This document shows, piece by piece, positions 55,521-58,038 of a stretch of 58,038 nucleotides of DNA. A program made the position numbers and the translations under genes. The DNA is from Nitrospinaceae bacterium (GTDB lineage Bacteria > Nitrospinota > Nitrospinia > Nitrospinales > VA-1): assembly GCA_029261695.1 (NCBI GenBank), contig JAJDAV010000066.1:1-58038 (forward strand), written 5' to 3'. The first letter of the stretch is position 1. Each line of letters begins with the position of its first letter. Under the pieces are notes generated by a model. The model made no database searches and was not told where the DNA came from. It worked only from the letters and a program-made list of their open reading frames with translations.

Positions 55521-56537
55521 TCAATCATAAAAACACTGAAAAATATCCTGTTCTATCATTTCGATGGTTTTATGAACTTTTTTAGAATTGTGAAAACTAG
55601 CTATGTGATATAAAGCATCACCGGCATTAACAAGAGGAAGTTTTAGCTGTCCTATAATAATTCCTTCAAATGGGGCTATGATTTCACCTCTAGGTTTTCC
55701 AAATTGATCTGTAACAACACCCAACAGTTCACCTTCTTTTATTCGTGTTCCTAGATTTTTTAAGGATCGAACTAGTCCGCTGGTAGGCGAACGCATCCAC
55801 TGGCTCTCCCAAGACACAAAAACTTCTTTCCGTTTGGCACTTTTTTTGCTGCTCAGCATGCCAATCGACCGCATGACCGAGAGACAACCTTGAACGCCAA
55901 TTTCAATCACTGATTCATTAAATCGTAAAGCTTCTCCTCCTTCAAAAAGCAGCATCGGTATTTTCTTTCTTCGCGCAGCCTCTCTTAATGATCCATCGCG
56001 TATATTGGAATTTAAAACCACAGGCACTCCGAATTCAAATGCCAGTTGCTTAGTTTCAGAATTACTAATACAAGCACGAATTTGAGGGAGGTTGGTTCTA
56101 TGGATTGCTCCTGTATGCAAATCAATTCCATGAGTAGAATTTTTTACAATTTCTTTCATAAAAACATTGGCTAACCTTGAAGCCAGAGAACCATTTTTTG
56201 AACCTGGGAAAGAACGGTTTAAATCTCTACGATCAGGCAAGTAGCGAGACAGCATATTAAAACCAAAGACATTAACAACGGGAACGGCGATCAAAGTGCC
56301 TTTAAGTTTTTTGAGTGATCTGTTTTTTAGAATTCGGCTTATTATTTCCGTCCCATTAATTTCATCCCCATGAATAGCGGCTGAAATAAATAAAGTTGGG
56401 CCATCCTCTTTGCCGCAGATGACTTCCACAGGAATAGAGAGATCCGTACCATCATAAAGATGAGATACAGCCAGCTGAATTTTTTTACGCTCGCCTTTTT
56501 TAATGGAAACACCGCCTATTTTCAGATCAGTCGCCAT
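55521..56537 (-). CDS. Succinylglutamate desuccinylase/aspartoacylase (AstE/AspA, M14-like) family protein
   Basis: Zinc motif SAAIHGDEINGTE and second His region GIDLHTG. Its start overlaps the rimK stop (TAATG). Confidence 0.85.
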   Translation of the reverse strand: MATDLKIGGVSIKKGERKKIQLAVSHLYDGTDLSIPVEVICGKEDGPTLFISAAIHGDEINGTEIISRILKNRSLKKLKGTLIAVPVVNVFGFNMLSRYLPDRRDLNRSFPGSKNGSLASRLANVFMKEIVKNSTHGIDLHTGAIHRTNLPQIRACISNSETKQLAFEFGVPVVLNSNIRDGSLREAARRKKIPMLLFEGGEALRFNESVIEIGVQGCLSVMRSIGMLSSKKSAKRKEVFVSWESQWMRSPTSGLVRSLKNLGTRIKEGELLGVVTDQFGKPRGEIIAPFEGIIIGQLKLPLVNAGDALYHIASFHNSKKVHKTIEMIEQDIFQCFYD

Positions 56538-57442
56538 TATCCAATTCCTGCTGTTTTCGTGTTTCCACGTTTTGCATCTTTTTCCATGAATTGAATAATT
56601 TTATCAGCAACATCAATTCCGGTCGCCGTCTCGATACCTTCAAGGCCAGGCGATGAGTTGACTTCCATTACCACAGGACCGTGGTTGGAGCGTAATAAAT
56701 CCACGCCTGCCAGGTTTAACCCCATAGCTTTTGCAGAACGCACAGCCGTACTTCTTTCTTCGGGTGTGATCTTGATTACCTTTGCGCTTCCACCTCTATG
56801 AAGATTAGATCGGAACTCACCTTCCTTACCTTGCCTCATCATTGTTGCAACGACTTTATCATCAATGACAAAACAACGGATGTCTGCACCGCCCGCCTCT
56901 TTGATAAACTCCTGAGCCATGATATGGGCGTCGAGTTCCATGAATGCTCCGATGACACTTTCTGCTGCCTTATCCGTTTCAGCCAACACCACTCCCTTGC
57001 CCTGGGTACCTTCAAGTAACTTTATTACGAGAGGCGCTCCTCCAACCATCTTGATAATATCCTCCGTATCATCTGTCGAATGGGCAAAACCTGTAACCGG
57101 CAATCCCACCCCTTTCTTTGCTAAAATCTGCAATGAACGTAACTTATCTCGCGAGCGCGAAATGGCTACCGATTCATTGAGGGGATAAACGCCCATCATT
57201 TCAAACTGTCTTACAATCGCAGTTCCGTAAAAGGTATTTGACGCACCAATACGTGGAATTATTGCATCAAATTCGTTGAGCGTTCGTTCCTTATAGTGAA
57301 CGGATGGTCTATGCGAGGTAATATTTACATAACATTTTAAATAATTAATCACCTCAGCTTTATGCCCCCTTTTCTCGGCGGCTTCGAGCAACCTTTTCGT
57401 TGAATAAAGTTTTGGTCCTAGTGATAAAATTCCAATATTCAT
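56537..57442 (-). CDS. rimK: RimK-type ATP-grasp alpha-L-glutamate ligase
   Basis: MNIGILS...[64 protein letters not shown]. Its start overlaps the upstream stop (ATGA). Confidence 0.93.
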   Translation of the reverse strand: MNIGILSLGPKLYSTKRLLEAAEKRGHKAEVINYLKCYVNITSHRPSVHYKERTLNEFDAIIPRIGASNTFYGTAIVRQFEMMGVYPLNESVAISRSRDKLRSLQILAKKGVGLPVTGFAHSTDDTEDIIKMVGGAPLVIKLLEGTQGKGVVLAETDKAAESVIGAFMELDAHIMAQEFIKEAGGADIRCFVIDDKVVATMMRQGKEGEFRSNLHRGGSAKVIKITPEERSTAVRSAKAMGLNLAGVDLLRSNHGPVVMEVNSSPGLEGIETATGIDVADKIIQFMEKDAKRGNTKTAGIG

Positions 57443-57951
57443 TTTTTGCCTTTCTTTATCTTTACCTTATTTACCTTCTTTACCTTATTTACCTTCTTTA
57501 CCTTTTTTATCTTTGTTTTCTTTTCAAGCAAGAAAGACTGGCCTGAATCAACCAGATAGCGATCTTTCAAGGCACTCCTTCCTAATAAAAGGCGAAAACC
57601 CATTAAGTCTCTATTCATGAGAGTCAATTCTATAGAATAAGAGCGTTTACCGATTTTCAGCTTTGTTTTTATTACTGGACGAATACTTATCTCACCATTT
57701 GAGCTTTTTATAGACCGTTCACCCAGGTAATCAGCTTTTGTGTTTATCACAGGGTTTCGTTGTCTTTGAACCGGATGAATGGTGAAAGTTACCTTATTCG
57801 TTCGCTTGTATATTTTAATATTGGAGACATGTAGCGCAGAAGTTTTCGCGCCGGTGTCAACCTTTGCCTTTATTGTTTTTATTTTTAGTTCGGGAAACGA
57901 GACCCACTCCCTCCAGCCTATGGAGTCGAGTTCCTTTATCTTTTTTTTCAT
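57439..57951 (-). CDS. RimK-associated retropepsin-like protease (annotated family name: ATP-dependent zinc protease, DUF785) with a Lys-rich C-terminal tail
   Basis: [31 protein letters not shown] contains the aspartic-protease-like DTGA. Tail [26 protein letters not shown]. Confidence 0.85.
   Translation of the reverse strand: MKKKIKELDSIGWREWVSFPELKIKTIKAKVDTGAKTSALHVSNIKIYKRTNKVTFTIHPVQRQRNPVINTKADYLGERSIKSSNGEISIRPVIKTKLKIGKRSYSIELTLMNRDLMGFRLLLGRSALKDRYLVDSGQSFLLEKKTKIKKVKKVNKVKKVNKVKIKKGKK
57461..57505 (-). repeat. In-frame tandem repeat: five copies of the 9-nt unit TTTACCTTN (two perfect 18-nt units plus a partial one), encoding (KKV/NKV)n
   Basis: Read directly: tttacctta tttaccttc tttacctta tttaccttc tttaccttt. 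It lies inside the 3' end of the protease gene, 19 nt upstream of the rimK start codon. Confidence 0.9.
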
Positions 57952-58038
57952 GATATTTAATTTAAACTTATCTTAATTTCCCGATTGTTTTTTTAAATTT
58001 TCAACATTTGAACTTTTACGATGCCCCAACCAGCTTTG

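Noticed and set aside
1-58038. A scan for CRISPR arrays, IS or transposon ends, integrases, prophage genes, toxin-antitoxin pairs and known defence genes.
   Set aside because: I found no direct-repeat/spacer arrays, no transposase, integrase or reverse-transcriptase motifs in any listed ORF, and no long terminal inverted repeats. The tRNA-Leu has no adjacent integrase or duplicated 3' end.

Overview
All calls were made by eye from motifs in the supplied ORF translations and the raw sequence. No searches were run. The window is a tightly packed chromosomal segment from an AT-leaning diderm (Gram-negative-type) bacterium. I saw no rRNA, CRISPR array, transposase, integrase or phage genes. Left to right: the 3' part of smc; a ribonuclease-inhibitor-type LRR protein; a GGDEF-PilZ fusion; a six-gene minus-strand sugar-modification operon (rfbB, WbqC-like, two radical SAM enzymes, GtrB/ArnC-like GT2, methyltransferase); elbB and nadE; two orphan genes; a two-partner secretion pair (tpsB then a 1870-aa tpsA); about 0.9 kb of poorly coding spacer plus small orphans; an oversized phosphohexomutase with a stand-alone LbH acyltransferase; tRNA-Leu(UAG); tig-clpP-clpX-lon; a lipoprotein secretin with an ExeA/MshM-like ATPase (SPOR domain) and a TPR protein; DUF502; a partial flagellar operon (flgC-fliF-fliG-fliH-fliI-fliJ-motE-like) with a sigma-54-type promoter and no flgB or fliE; a circularly permuted ATP-grasp / alpha-E / two-transglutaminase module; glsA; MscS-like and LapA-like genes; and a retropepsin-like protease-rimK-AstE-like operon. 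The best candidate for undescribed biology is the 45.9-58 kb stretch. It holds two amide-bond ligase/hydrolase modules flanking a glutaminase, including a GATase-like::transglutaminase fusion that lacks the canonical Cys nucleophile. Secondary candidates are the double radical-SAM lipid-carrier sugar operon, the orphan secretin-ExeA(SPOR)-TPR module and the non-CDI-type TpsA. I found no element I can confidently call a new system from sequence alone.
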